Shown here: positions 1 through 12,200 of the stretch, in pieces | Layout: each line of letters begins with the position of its first letter | Position numbering within the stretch: the first letter of the stretch is position 1 | From: Balanoglossus misakiensis | Lineage: Eukaryota; Animalia; Hemichordata | Length of the DNA: 64,000 nt | Assembly (NCBI GenBank): GCA_040954595.2 | Contig: CM082594.2 | Span: 3,457,319 to 3,521,318 of the forward strand | Reading direction: 5' to 3' | Program-made: the position numbers and the translations under genes | Notes under the pieces: generated by a model | What the model was told of the DNA's origin: nothing | Databases searched by the model: none | Seen by the model: the letters and a program-made list of their open reading frames with translations, nothing else

Positions 1-229
1 AAAGGAAAATGTATGAGGGTCTATCGAAATATCACCAATGGGCAATCGATGGATAACAGTACGTGTGTTCCGTGCTATTTAAAATAATTGCAATATATCC
101 TCATATTTACACGAACGTATAATCATAGTGTAGAACAAAAAGGCCACCGCCAAATTAAATCAGTAGGCCCTCAATTCGTCCGTTTGAACTTTATAGTTTT
201 TAGCATCACCACAACTATGGGCCACTTAC

Positions 230-3200
230 CTGTGCAATTTGTTATTCCGATTGGACAAAGACATTCGTATGATCCTCCTGTGTTTTGACATGTCGCACCG
301 TTATAACATGCGTCTGTTCCTTCTGCGCATTCATCAATGTCTTCACAATACGTACCGTTACCACGGTAACCCTGATCAGGACACGTGCACTCGTACGACC
401 CAATTGTGTTCGTGCAGATTGCAAACTCGTGACAGTCATGGGTGCCCCTTGCACACTCATCCGTATCTGCAGAACAAGCACATGGATATCAAAGGTTCCC
501 CTTGAGTTCTTAAATTTGATTATCAGACAAACACTTCATGTACATTGTAACATGACCCACACGCACCTCCACTATATATATCAGTGATTTGAGGGGTGGA
601 TATGTATTGAGTAATGAGACATCCACTTATAAATGTTGATGTGACTTTTCTTCGCAAAGGAAGAAATAATAAAAGAAACAACAACACCAAAACCAACAAC
701 AACAACAACAACAACAACTTACCGTGATTGCATAACTCTCCCTCCCATTCAGGTGGACAATTACAATAAGGCGTCCCCACGCCACATTGTTCGCATTCAC
801 CTCCATTCTGACACTCTGGATCACAGGTTGCTGACGATACAATCCAAACGAGGATGTTCATTTAGCAAAACGAATTCTTGGCGTTTGTTAACGTCTTTTT
901 TACAAGCTGTTTCATTCATTAATCCAAAATGGTCCTATGACTGTTTTCTCTGCATGTTGACGTCCCGTCATAAAATTAGCGACCCAATGTATGCCATGAG
1001 AATATATATATCCACATCGAAATTTGTTTTTATTTTTTACAAGTAGGCTACTTCGTAATATAAAACTGTGTAAACAGTAATAGGAAATGTATATATTTAG
1101 TTACAATATCTATATTCATACCATTCCTGCAGGGTATCTCTGTTGTTGTCGTCAATATGGTGGTTGTAATTATAGGCGTTGTAGATGTGGTCGTTGCCAT
1201 GGGAGTGGTAGTAGTAGCAGCAGATGTTGTAGGTTCAAATAATGTGGTAGTTTGTGGTGCAGTTGTGTGTTCAGTGGTTGTTGGATAAACAACTGGTGCT
1301 GTTGATGGCAATGTTGTGACTCTAGTTGTCTCTGCAATAAAAGCAATTGGGAGTTACTTCAAAATTCTTCATGTCTAATGCTATCTGTTTCAGTAGGATA
1401 TCAATATTTCAAAGGTCGAGTCCGCAGTAAAGTACTAGAATATAACTAATGTGGGGGCACAGATTTGTTGTTATCTTCATAAGAAGTGTATCAATCATAA
1501 TGTCACCTGTATTTCCAAGGTAGCTCTATGCCGAGGAAAAAAAGAAGCGTGATACAACTTTCGCTACAAGTTAAATGTTACATAGACGCAATAAGATTTA
1601 CATTCGCGTAGGAAATTATACACCACCCAGTCAATTGTGAGCGTCCCAATACTGAATAAGATATGGACATCTTCAATATTCAAACAGCCCCACTTACCTG
1701 GTGTTGTGGTTATTTCTGTTGTGACGACAGTTGTTGCGCCTTCGGTTGTTGGGGCAGCCGTCGTCACGTCCGTCGTTGGCGCTGCGGTGGTCGCTTCAGC
1801 GGTTGTGTCGGCCGGCGTGGTTATGACAGTTGTTGCGCCTTCGGTTGTTGGGGCAGCCGTCGTCACGTCCGTTGTTGGCCCTGCGGTGGTCGCTTCAGCG
1901 GTTGTGTCGGCCGGCGTGGTTACGACAGTTGTTGCGCCTTCGGTTGTTGGGGCAGCCGTCGTCACGTCCGTCGTTGGCCCTGCGGTGGTCGCTTCAGCGG
2001 TTGTGTCGGCCGGCGTGGTTACGACAGTTGTTGCGCCTTCGGTTGTTGGGGCAGCCGTCGTCACGTCCGTCGTTGGCCCTGCGGTGGTCGCTTCAGCGGT
2101 TGTGTCGGCCGGCGTGGTTACGACAGTTGTTGCGCCTTCGGTTGTTGGGGCAGCCGTCGTCACGTCCGTCGTTGGCGCTGCGGTGGTGGCTTCAGCGGTT
2201 GTGTCGGCCGGCGTCGTTACGACAGTTGTTGCGCCTTCGGTTGTTGGGGCAGCCGTCGTCACGTCCGTCGTTGGCGCTGCGGTGGTCGCTTCAGCGGTTG
2301 TGTCGGCCGGCGTGGTTACGACAGTTGTTGCGCCTTCGGTTGTTTGGGCAGCCGTCGTCACGTCCGTCGTTGGCGCTGCGGTGGTCGCTTCAGCGGGTGT
2401 GTCGGCCGGCGTGGTTACGACAGTTGTTGCGCCTTCGGTTGTTGGGGCAGCCGTCGTCACGTCCGTCGTTGGCGCTGCGGTGGTCGCTTCAGCGGTTGTG
2501 TCGGCCGGCGTGGTTACGACAGTTGTTGCGCCTTCGGTTGTTGGGGCAGCCGTCGTCACGTCCGTCGTTGGCGCTGCGGTGGTCGCTTCAGCGGGTGTGT
2601 CGGCCGGCGTGGTTACGACAGTTGTTGCGCCTTCGGTTGTTTGGGCAGCCGTCGTCACGTCCGTCGTTGGCGCTGCGGTGGTCGCTTCAGCGGGTGTGTC
2701 GGCCGGCGTGGTTACGACAGTTGTTGCGCCTTCGGTTGTTTGGGCAGCCGTCGTCACGTCCGTCGTTGGCCCTGCGGTGGTCGCTTCAGCGGTTGTGTCG
2801 GCCGGCGTGGTTACGACAGTTGTTGCGCCTTCGGTTGTTGGGGCAGCCGTCGTCACGTCCGTCGTTGGCCCTGCGGTGGTCGCTTCAGCGGTTGTGTCGG
2901 CCGGCGTGGTTACTACAGTTGTTGCGCCTTCGGTTGTTGGGGCAGCCGTCGTCACGTCCGTCGTTGGCCCTGCGGTGGTCGCTTCAGCGGTTGTGTCGGC
3001 CGGCGTGGTTACGACAGTTGTTGCGCCTTCGGTTGTTGGGGCAGCCGTCGTCACGTCCGTCGTTGGCCCTGCGTTGGTCGCTTCAGCGGTTGTGTCGGCC
3101 GGCGTGGTTACGACAGTTGTTGCGCCTTCGGTTGTTGGGGCAGCCGTCGTCACGTCCGTCGTTTGCGCTGCGGTGGTCGCTTCAGCGGTTGTGTCGGCCG

Positions 3201-6200
3201 GCGTGGTTACGACAGTTGTTGCGCCTTCGGTTGTTGGGGCAGCCGTCGTCACGTCCGTCGTTGGCCCTGCGGTGGTCGCTTCAGCGGTTGTGTCGGCCGG
3301 CGTGGTTACGACAGTTGTTGCGCCTTCGGTTGTTGGGGCAGCCGTCGTCACGTCCGTTGTTGGCGCTGCGGTGGTCGCTTCAGCGGTTGTGTCGGCCGGC
3401 GTGGTTACGACAGTTGTTGCGCCTTCGGTTGTTGGGGCAGCCGTCGTCACGTCCGTCGTTGGCCCTGCGGTGGTCGCTTCAGCGGTTGTGTCGGCCGGCG
3501 TGGTTACGACAGTTGTTGCGCCTTCGGTTGTTTGGGCAGCCGTCGTCACGTCCGTCGTTGGCGCTGCGGTGGTCGCTTCAGCGGGTGTGTCGGCCGGCGT
3601 GGTTACGACAGTTGTTGCGCCTTCGGTTGTTTGGGCAGCCGTCGTCACGTCCGTCGTTGGCCCTGCGGTGGTCGCTTCAGCGGTTGTGTCGGCCGGCGTG
3701 GTTACGACAGTTGTTGCGCCTTCGGTTGTTGGGGCAGCCGTCGTCACGTCCGTCGTTGGCCCTGCGGTGGTCGCTTCAGCGGTTGTGTCGGCCGGCGTGG
3801 TTACTACAGTTGTTGCGCCTTCGGTTGTTGGGGCAGCCGTCGTCACGTCCGTCGTTGGCCCTGCGGTGGTCGCTTCAGCGGTTGTGTCGGCCGGCGTGGT
3901 TACGACAGTTGTTGCGCCTTCGGTTGTTGGGGCAGCCGTCGTCACGTCCGTCGTTGGCCCTGCGTTGGTCGCTTCAGCGGTTGTGTCGGCCGGCGTGGTT
4001 ACGACAGTTGTTGCGCCTTCGGTTGTTGGGGCAGCCGTCGTCACGTCCGTCGTTTGCGCTGCGGTGGTCGCTTCAGCGGTTGTGTCGGCCGGCGTGGTTA
4101 CGACAGTTGTTGCGCCTTCGGTTGTTGGGGCAGCCGTCGTCACGTCCGTCGTTGGCGCTGCGGTGGTCGCTTCAGCGGTTGTGTCGGCCGGCGTGGTTAC
4201 GACAGTTGTTGCGCCTTCGGTTGTTGGGGCAGCCGTCGTCACGTCCGTCGTTTGCGCTGCGGTGGTCGCTTCAGCGGTTGTGTCGGCCGGCGTGGTTACG
4301 ACAGTTGTTGCGCCTTCGGTTGTTGGGGCAGCCGTCGTCACGTCCGTTGTTGGCGCTGCGGTGGTCGCTTCAGCGGTTGTGTCGGCCGGCGTGGTTACGA
4401 CAGTTGTTGCGCCTTCGGTTGTTGGGGCAGCCGTCGTCACGTCCGTCGTTGGCCCTGCGGTGGTCGCTTCAGCGGTTGTGTCGGCCGGCGTGGTTACGAC
4501 AGTTGTTGCGCCTTCGGTTGTTGGGCCAGCCGTCGTCACGTCCGTCGTTGGCCCTGCGTTGGTCGCTTCAGCGGTTGTGTCGGCCGGCGTGGTTATGACA
4601 GTTGTTGCGCCTTCGGTTGTTGGGGCAGCCGTCGTCACGTCCGTCGTTGGCCCTGCGGTGGTCGCTTCAGCGGTTGTGTCGGCCGGCGTGGTTACGACAG
4701 TTGTTGCGCCTTCGGTTGTTGGGGCAGCCGTCGTCACGTCCGTCGTTGGCGCTGCGGTGGTCGCTTCAGCGGTTGTGTCGGCCGGCGTGGTTACGACAGT
4801 TGTTGCGCCTTCGGTTGTTGGGGCAGCCGTCGTCACGTCCGTCGTTGGCGCTGCGGTGGTCGCTTCAGCGGGTGTGTCGGCCGGCGTGGTTACGACAGTT
4901 GTTGCGCCTTCGGTTGTTTGGGCAGCCGTCGTCACGTCCGTCGTTGGCCCTGCGGTGGTCGCTTCAGCGGTTGTGTCGGCCGGCGTGGTTACGACAGTTG
5001 TTGCGCCTTCGGTTGTTGGGGCAGCCGTCGTCACGTCCGTCGTTGGCGCTGCGGTGGTCGCTTCAGCGGTTGTGTCGGCCGGCGTGGTTACGACAGTTGT
5101 TGCGCCTTCGGTTGTTGGGGCAGCCGTCGTCACGTCCGTCGTTGGCCCTGCGGTGGTCGCTTCAGCGGTTGTGTCGGCCGGCGTGGTTACGACAGTTGTT
5201 GCGCCTTCGGTTGTTGGGGCAGCCGTCGTCACGTCCGTCGTTGGCCCTGCGGTGGTCGCTTCAGCGGTTGTGTCGGCCGGCGTGGTTACGACAGTTGTTG
5301 CGCCTTCGGTTGTTGGGGCAGCCGTCGTCACGTCCGTCGTTGGCGCTGCGGTGGTCGCTTCTGCGGTTGTGTCGGCCGGCGTGGTTACGACAGTTGTTGC
5401 GCCTTCGGTTGTTGGGGCAGCCGTCGTCACGTCCGTCGTTGGCGCTGCGGTGGTCGCTTCTGCGGTTGTGTCGGCCGGCGTGGTTACGACAGTTGTTGCG
5501 CCTTCGGTTGTTGGGGCAGCCGTCGTCACGTCCGTCGTTGGCCCTGCGGTGGTCGCTTCAGCGGTTGTGTCGGCCGGCGTGGTTACGACAGTTGTTGCGC
5601 CTTCGGTTGTTGGGGCAGCCGTCGTCACGTCCGTCGTTGGCCCTGCGGTGGTCGCTTCAGCGGTTGTGTCGGCCGGCGTGGTTACGACAGTTGTTGCGCC
5701 TTCGGTTGTTGGGGCAGCCGTCGTCACGTCCGTCGTTGGCCCTGCGGTGGTCGCTTCAGCGGTTGTGTCGGCCGGCGTGGTTACGACAGTTGTTGCGCCT
5801 TCGGTTGTTGGGGCAGCCGTCGTCACGTCCGTCGTTGGCCCTGCGGTGGTCGCTTCAGCGGTTGTGTCGGCCGGCGTGGTTACGACAGTTGTTGCGCCTT
5901 CGGTTGTTGGGGCAGCCGTCGTCACGTCCGTCGTTGGCCCTGCGGTGGTCGCTTCAGCGGTTGTGTCGGCCGGCGTGGTTACGACAGTTGTTGCGCCTTC
6001 GGTTGTTGGGGCAGCCGTCGTCACGTCCGTCGTTGGCGCTGCGGTGGTCGCTTCAGCGGTTGTGTCGGCCGGCGTGGTTACGACAGTTGTTGCGCCTTCG
6101 GTTGTTGGGGCAGCCGTCGTCAAGTCCGTCGTTGGCGCTGCGGTGGTCGCTTCAGCGGTTGTGTCGGCCGGCGTGGTTACGACAGTTGTTGCGCCTTCGG

Positions 6201-9200
6201 TTGTTGGGGCAGCCGTCGTCACGTCCGTCGTTGGCCCTGCGGTGGTCGCTTCAGCGGTTGTGTCGGCCGGCGTGGTTACGACAGTTGTTGCGCCTTCGGT
6301 TGTTGGGGCAGCCGTCGTCACGTCCGTCGTTGGCGCTGTGGTGGTCGCTTCAGCGGTTGTGTCGGCCGGCGTGGTTACCACAGTTGTTGCGCCTTCGGTT
6401 GTTGGGGCAGCCGTCGTCACGTCCGTCGTTGGCGCTGCGGTGGTCGCTTCAGCGGTTGTGTCGGCCGGCGTGGTTACGACAGTTGTTGCGCCTTCGGTTG
6501 TTGGGGCAGCCGTCGTCACGTCCGTCGTTGGCGCTGCGGTGGTCGCTTCAGCGGTTGTGTCGGCCGGCGTGGTTACGACAGTTGTTGCGCCTTCGGTTGT
6601 TGGGGCAGCCGTCGTCACGTCCGTCGTTGGCCCTGCGGTGGTCGCTTCAGCGGTTGTGTCGGCCGGCGTGGTTACGACAGTTGTTGCGCCTTCGGTTGTT
6701 GGGGCAGCCGTCGTCACGTCCGTCGTTGGCGCTGCGGTGGTCGCTTCAGCGGTTGTGTCGGCCGGCGTGGTTACGACAGTTGTTGCGCCTTCGGTTGTTG
6801 GGGCAGCCGTCGTCACGTCCGTCGTTGGCCCTGCGGTGGTCGCTTCAGCGGTTGTGTCGGCCGGCGTGGTTACGACAGTTGTTGCGCCTTCGGTTGTTGG
6901 GGCAGCCGTCGTCACGTCCGTCGTTGGCCCTGCGGTGGTCGCTTCAGCGGTTGTGTCGGCCGGCGTGGTTACGACAGTTGTTGCGCCTTCGGTTGTTGGG
7001 GCAGCCGTCGTCACGTCCGTCGTTGGCCCTGCGGTGGTCGCTTCAGCGGTTGTGTCGGCCGGCGTGGTTACGACAGTTGTTGCGCCTTCGGTTGTTGGGG
7101 CAGCCGTCGTCACGTCCGTCGTTGGCGCTGCGGTGGTCGCCTCAGCGGTTGTGTCGGCCGGCGTGGTTACGACAGTTGTTGCGCCTTCGGTTGTTGGGGC
7201 AGCCGTCGTCACGTCCGTCGTTGGCCCTGCGGTGGTCGCTTCAGCGGTTGTGTCGGCCGGCGTGGTTACGACAGTTGTTGCGCCTTCGGTTGTTGGGGCA
7301 GCCGTCGTCACGTCCGTCGTTGGCCCTGCGGTGGTCGCTTCAGCGGTTGTGTCGGCCGGCGTGGTTACGACAGTTGTTGCGCCTTCGGTTGTACGGGCAG
7401 CCGTCGTCACGTCCGTCGTTGGCGCTGCGGTGGTCGCTTCAGCGGTTGTGTCGGCCGGCGTGGTTACGACAGTTGTTGCGCCTTCGGTTGTTGGGGCAGC
7501 CGTCGTCACGTCCGTCGTTGGCGCTGCGGTGGTCGCTTCAGCGGTTGTGTCGGCCGGCGTGGTTACGACAGTTGTTGCGCCTTCGGTTGTTGGGGCAGCC
7601 GTCGTCACGTCCGTCGTTGGCGCTGCGGTGGTCGCTTCAGCGGTTGTGTCGGCCGGCGTGGTTACGACAGTTGTTGCGCCTTCGGTTGTTGGGGCAGCCG
7701 TCGTCACGTCCGTTGTTGGCCCTGCGGTGGTAGCTTCAGCGGTTGTGTCGGCCGGCGTGGTTACGACAGTTGTTGCGCCTTCGGTTGTACGGGCAGCCGT
7801 CGTCACGTCCGTCGTTGGCGCTGCGGTGGTCGCTTCAGCGGTTGTGTCGGCCGGCGTGGTTACGACAGTTGTTGCGCCTTCGGTTGTTGGGGCAGCCGTC
7901 GTCACGTCCGTCGTTGGCGCTGCGGTGGTCGCTTCAGCGGTTGTGTCGGCCGGCGTGGTTACGACAGTTGTTGCGCCTTCGGTTGTTGGGGCAGCCGTCG
8001 TCACGTCCGTCGTTGGCCCTGCGGTGGTCGCTTCAGCGGTTGCGTCGGCCGGCGTGGTTACGACAGTTGTTGCGCCTTCGGTTGTTGGGGCAGCCGTCGT
8101 CACGTCCGTCGTTGGCCCTGCGGTGGTCGCTTCAGCGGTTGTGTCGGCCGGCGTGGTTACGACAGTTGTTGCGCCTTCGGTTGTTGGGGCAGCCGTCGTC
8201 ACGTCCGTCGTTGGCCCTGCGGTGGTCGCCTCAGCGGTTGTGTCGGCCGGCGTGGTTACGACAGTTGTTGCGCCTTCGGTTGTTGGGGCAGCCGTCGTCA
8301 CGTCCGTCGTTGGCGCTGCGGTGGTCGCTTCAGCGGTTGTGTCGGCCGGCGTGGATACGACAGTTGTTGCGCCTTCGGTTGTTGGGGCAGCCGTCGTCAC
8401 GTCCGTCGTTGGCGCTGCGGTGGTCGTCTCAGCGGTTGTGTCGGCCGGCGTGGTTACGACAGTTGTTGCGCCTTCGGTTGTTGGGGCAGCCGTCGTCACG
8501 TCCGTCGTTGGCCCTGCGGTGGTCGCCTCAGCGGTTGTGTCGGCCGGCGTGGTTACGACAGTTGTTGCGCCTTCGGTTGTTGGGGCAGCCGTCGTCACGT
8601 CCGTCGTTGGCGCTGCGGTGGTCGCCTCAGCGGTTGTGTCGGCCGGCGTGGTTACGACAGTTGTTGCGCCTTCGGTTGTTGGGGCAGCCGTCGTCACGTC
8701 CGTCGTTGGCGCTGCGGTGGTCGCCTCAGCGGTTGTGTCGGCCGGCGTGGTTACGACAGTTGTTGCGCCTTCGGTTGTTGGGGCAGCCGTCGTCACGTCC
8801 GTCGTTGGCGCTGCGGTGGTCGCTTCAGCGGTTGTGTCGGCCGGCGTGGTTACGACAGTTGTTGCGCCTTCGGTTGTTGGGGCAGCCGTCGTCACGTCCG
8901 TCGTTGGCGCTGCGGTGGCCGCTTCAGCGGTTGTGTCGGCCGGCGTGGTTACGACAGTTGTTGCGCCTTCGGTTGTTGGGGCAGCCGTCGTCACGTCCGT
9001 CGTTGGCGCTGAGGTGGTCGCTTCAGCGGTTGTGTCGGCCGGCGTGGTTACGACAGTTGTTGCGCCTTCGGTTGTTGGGGCAGCCGTCGTCACGTCCGTC
9101 GTTGGCCCTGAGGTGGTCGCTTCAGCGGTTGTGTCGGCCGGCGTGGTTACGACGGTTGTTGCGCCTTCGGTTGTTGGGGCAGCCGTCGTCACGTCCGTCA

Positions 9201-12200
9201 TTGGCCCTGAGGTGGTCGCTTCAGCGGTTGTGTCGGCCGGCGTGGTTACGACGGTTGTTGCGCCTTCGGTTGTTGGGGCAGCCGTCGTCACGTCCGTCGT
9301 TGGCGCTGCGGTGGTCGCTTCAGCGGTTGTGTCGGCAGGCGTGGTTACGACAGTTGTTGCGCCTTCGGTTGTTGGGGCAGCCGTCGTCACGTCCGTCGTT
9401 GGCGCTGCGGTGGTCGCTTCAGCGGTTGTGTCGGCCGGCGTGGTTACGACAGTTGTTGCGCCTTCGGTTGTTGGGGCAGCCGTCGTCACGTCCGTCGTTG
9501 GCGCTGAGGTGGTCGCTTCAGCGGTTGTGTCGGCCGGCGTGGTTACGACAGTTGTTGCGCCTTCGGTTGTTGGGGCAGCCGTCGTCACGTCCGTCGTTGG
9601 CGCTGCGGTGGTCGCTTCTGCGGTTGTGTCGGCCGGCGTGGTTACGACAGTTGTTGCGCCTTCGGTTGTTGGGGCAGCCGTCGTCACGTCCGTCATTGGC
9701 CCTGAGGTGGTCGCTTCAGCGGTTGTGTCGGCCGGCGTGGTTACGACGGTTGTTGCGCCTTCGGTTGTTGGGGCAGCCGTCGTCACGTCCGTCATTGGCC
9801 CTGAGGTGGTCGCTTCAGCGGTTGTGTCGGCCGGCGTGGTTACGACGGTTGTTGCGCCTTCGGTTGTTGGGGCAGCCGTCGTCACGTCCGTCGTTGGCCC
9901 TGAGGTGGTCGCTTCAGCGGTTGTGTCGGCCGGCGTGGTTACGACGGTTGTTGCGCCTTCGGTTGTTGGGGCAGCCGTCGTCACGTCCGTCGTTGGCGCT
10001 GCGGTGGTCGCTTCAGCGGTTGTGTCGGCAGGCGTGGTTACGACAGTTGTTGCGCCTTCGGTTGTTGGGGCAGCCGTCGTCACGTCCGTCGTTGGCGCTG
10101 CGGTGGTCGCTTCAGCGGTTGTGTCGGCCGGCGTGGTTACGACAGTTGTTGCGCCTTCGGTTGTTGGGGCAGCCGTCGTCACGTCCGTCGTTGGCGCTGA
10201 GGTGGTCGCTTCAGCGGTTGTGTCGGCCGGCGTGGTTACGACAGTTGTTGCGCCTTCGGTTGTTGGGGCAGCCGTCGTCACGTCCGTCGTTGGCGCTGCC
10301 GTGGTCGCTTCTGCGGTTGTGTCGGCCGGCGTGGTTACGACAGTTGTTGCGCCTTCGGTTGTTGGGGCAGCCGTCGTCACGTCCGTCGTTGGCGCTGCGG
10401 TGGTCGCTTCAGCGGTTGTGTCGGCCGGCGTGGTTACGACAGTTGTTGCGCCTTCGGTTGTTGGGGCAGCCGTCGTCACGTCCGTCGTTGGCGCTGCGGT
10501 GGTCGCTTCAGCAGTTGTGTCGGCCGGCGTGGTTACGACAGTTGTTGCGCCTTCGGTTGTTGGGGCAGCCGTCGTCACGTCCGTCGTTGGCGCAACGGTT
10601 GTCGTCTCAGCGGTTGTGTCGGCCGGCGTGGTTACGACAGTTGTTGCGCCTTCGGTTGTTGGGGCAGCCGTCGTCACGTCCGTCGTTGGCGCTGCGGTGG
10701 TCGCTTCTGCGGTTGTGTCGGCCGGCGTGGTTACGACAGTTGTTGCGCCTTCGGTTGTTGGGGCAGCCGTCGTCACGTCCGTCGTTGGCCCTGCGGTGGT
10801 CGCTTCAGCGGTTGTGTCGGCCGGCGTGGTTACGACAGTTGTTGCGCCTTCGGTTGTTGGGGCAGCCGTCGTCACGTCCGTCGTTGGCCCTGCGGTGGTC
10901 GCTTCAGCGGTTGTGTCGGCCGGCGTGGTTACGACAGTTGTTGCGCCTTCGGTTGTTGGGGCAGCCGTCGTCACGTCCGTCGTTGGCGCTGCGGTGGTCG
11001 CTTCAGCGGTTGTGTCGGCCGGCGTGGTTACGACAGTTGTTGCGCCTTCGGTTGTTGGGGCAGCCGTCGTCACGTCCGTCGTTGGCGCTGGGGTGGTCGC
11101 TTCAGCGGTTGTGTCGGCCGGCGTGGTTACCACAGTTGTTGCGCCTTCGGTTGTTGGGGCAGCCGTCGTCACGTCCGTCGTTGGCGCTGCGGTGGTCGCT
11201 TCAGCGGTTGTGTCGGCCGGCGTGGTTACGACAGTTGTTGCGCCTTCGGTTGTTGGGGCAGCCGTCGTCACGTCCGTCGTTGGCGCTGCGGTGGTCGCTT
11301 CAGCGGTTGTGTCGGCAGGCGTGGTTACGACAGTTGTTGCGCCTTCGGTTGTTGGGGCAGCCGTCGTCACGTCCGTCGTTGGCGCTGCGGTGGTCGCTTC
11401 AGCGGTTGTGTCGGCCGGCGTGGTTACGACAGTTGTTGCGCCTTCGGTTGTTGGGGCAGCCGTCGTCACGTCCGTCGTTGGCGCTGCGGTGGTCGCTTCA
11501 GCGGTTGTGTGGGCCGGCGTGGTTACGACAGTTGTTGCGCCTTCGGTTGTTGGGGCAGCCGTCGTCACGTCCGTCGTTGGCGCTGCGGTGGTCGCTTCTG
11601 CGGTTGTGTCGGCCGGCGTGGTTACGACAGTCGTTGCGCCTTCGGTTGTTGGGGCAGCCGTCGTCACGTCCGTCGTTGGCCCTGCGGTGGTCGCTTCAGC
11701 GGTTGTGTCGGCCGGCGTGGTTACGACAGTTGTTGCGCCTTCGGTTGCTGGGGCAGCCGTCGTCACGTCCGTCGTTGGCCCTGCGGTGGTCGCTTCAGCG
11801 GTTGTGTCGGCCGGCGTGGTTACGACAGTTGTTGCGCCTTCGGTTGTTGGGGCAGCCGTCGTCACGTCCGTCGTTGGCCCTGCGGTGGTCGCTTCAGCGG
11901 TTGTGTCGGCCGGCGTGGTTACGACAGTTGTTGCGCCTTCGGTTGTTGGGGCAGCCGTCGTCACGTCCGTCGTTGGCGCTGCGGTGGTCGCTTCTGCGGT
12001 TGTGTCGGCCGGCGTGGTTACGACAGTCGTTGCGCCTTCGGTTGTTGGGGCAGCCGTCGTCACGTCCGTCGTTGGCCCTGCGGTGGTCGCTTCAGCGGTT
12101 GTGTCGGCCGGCGTGGTTACGACAGTTGTTGCGCCTTCGGTTGCTGGGGCAGCCGTCGTCACGTCCGTCGTTGGCCCTGCGGTGGTCGCTTCAGCGGTTG

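Noticed and set aside
627-842. Poly-Cys/poly-Leu ORFs resembling a TM helix after the EGF exon
   Set aside because: They are translations of the intronic (AAC)n run beyond the GTAAG donor at 722.
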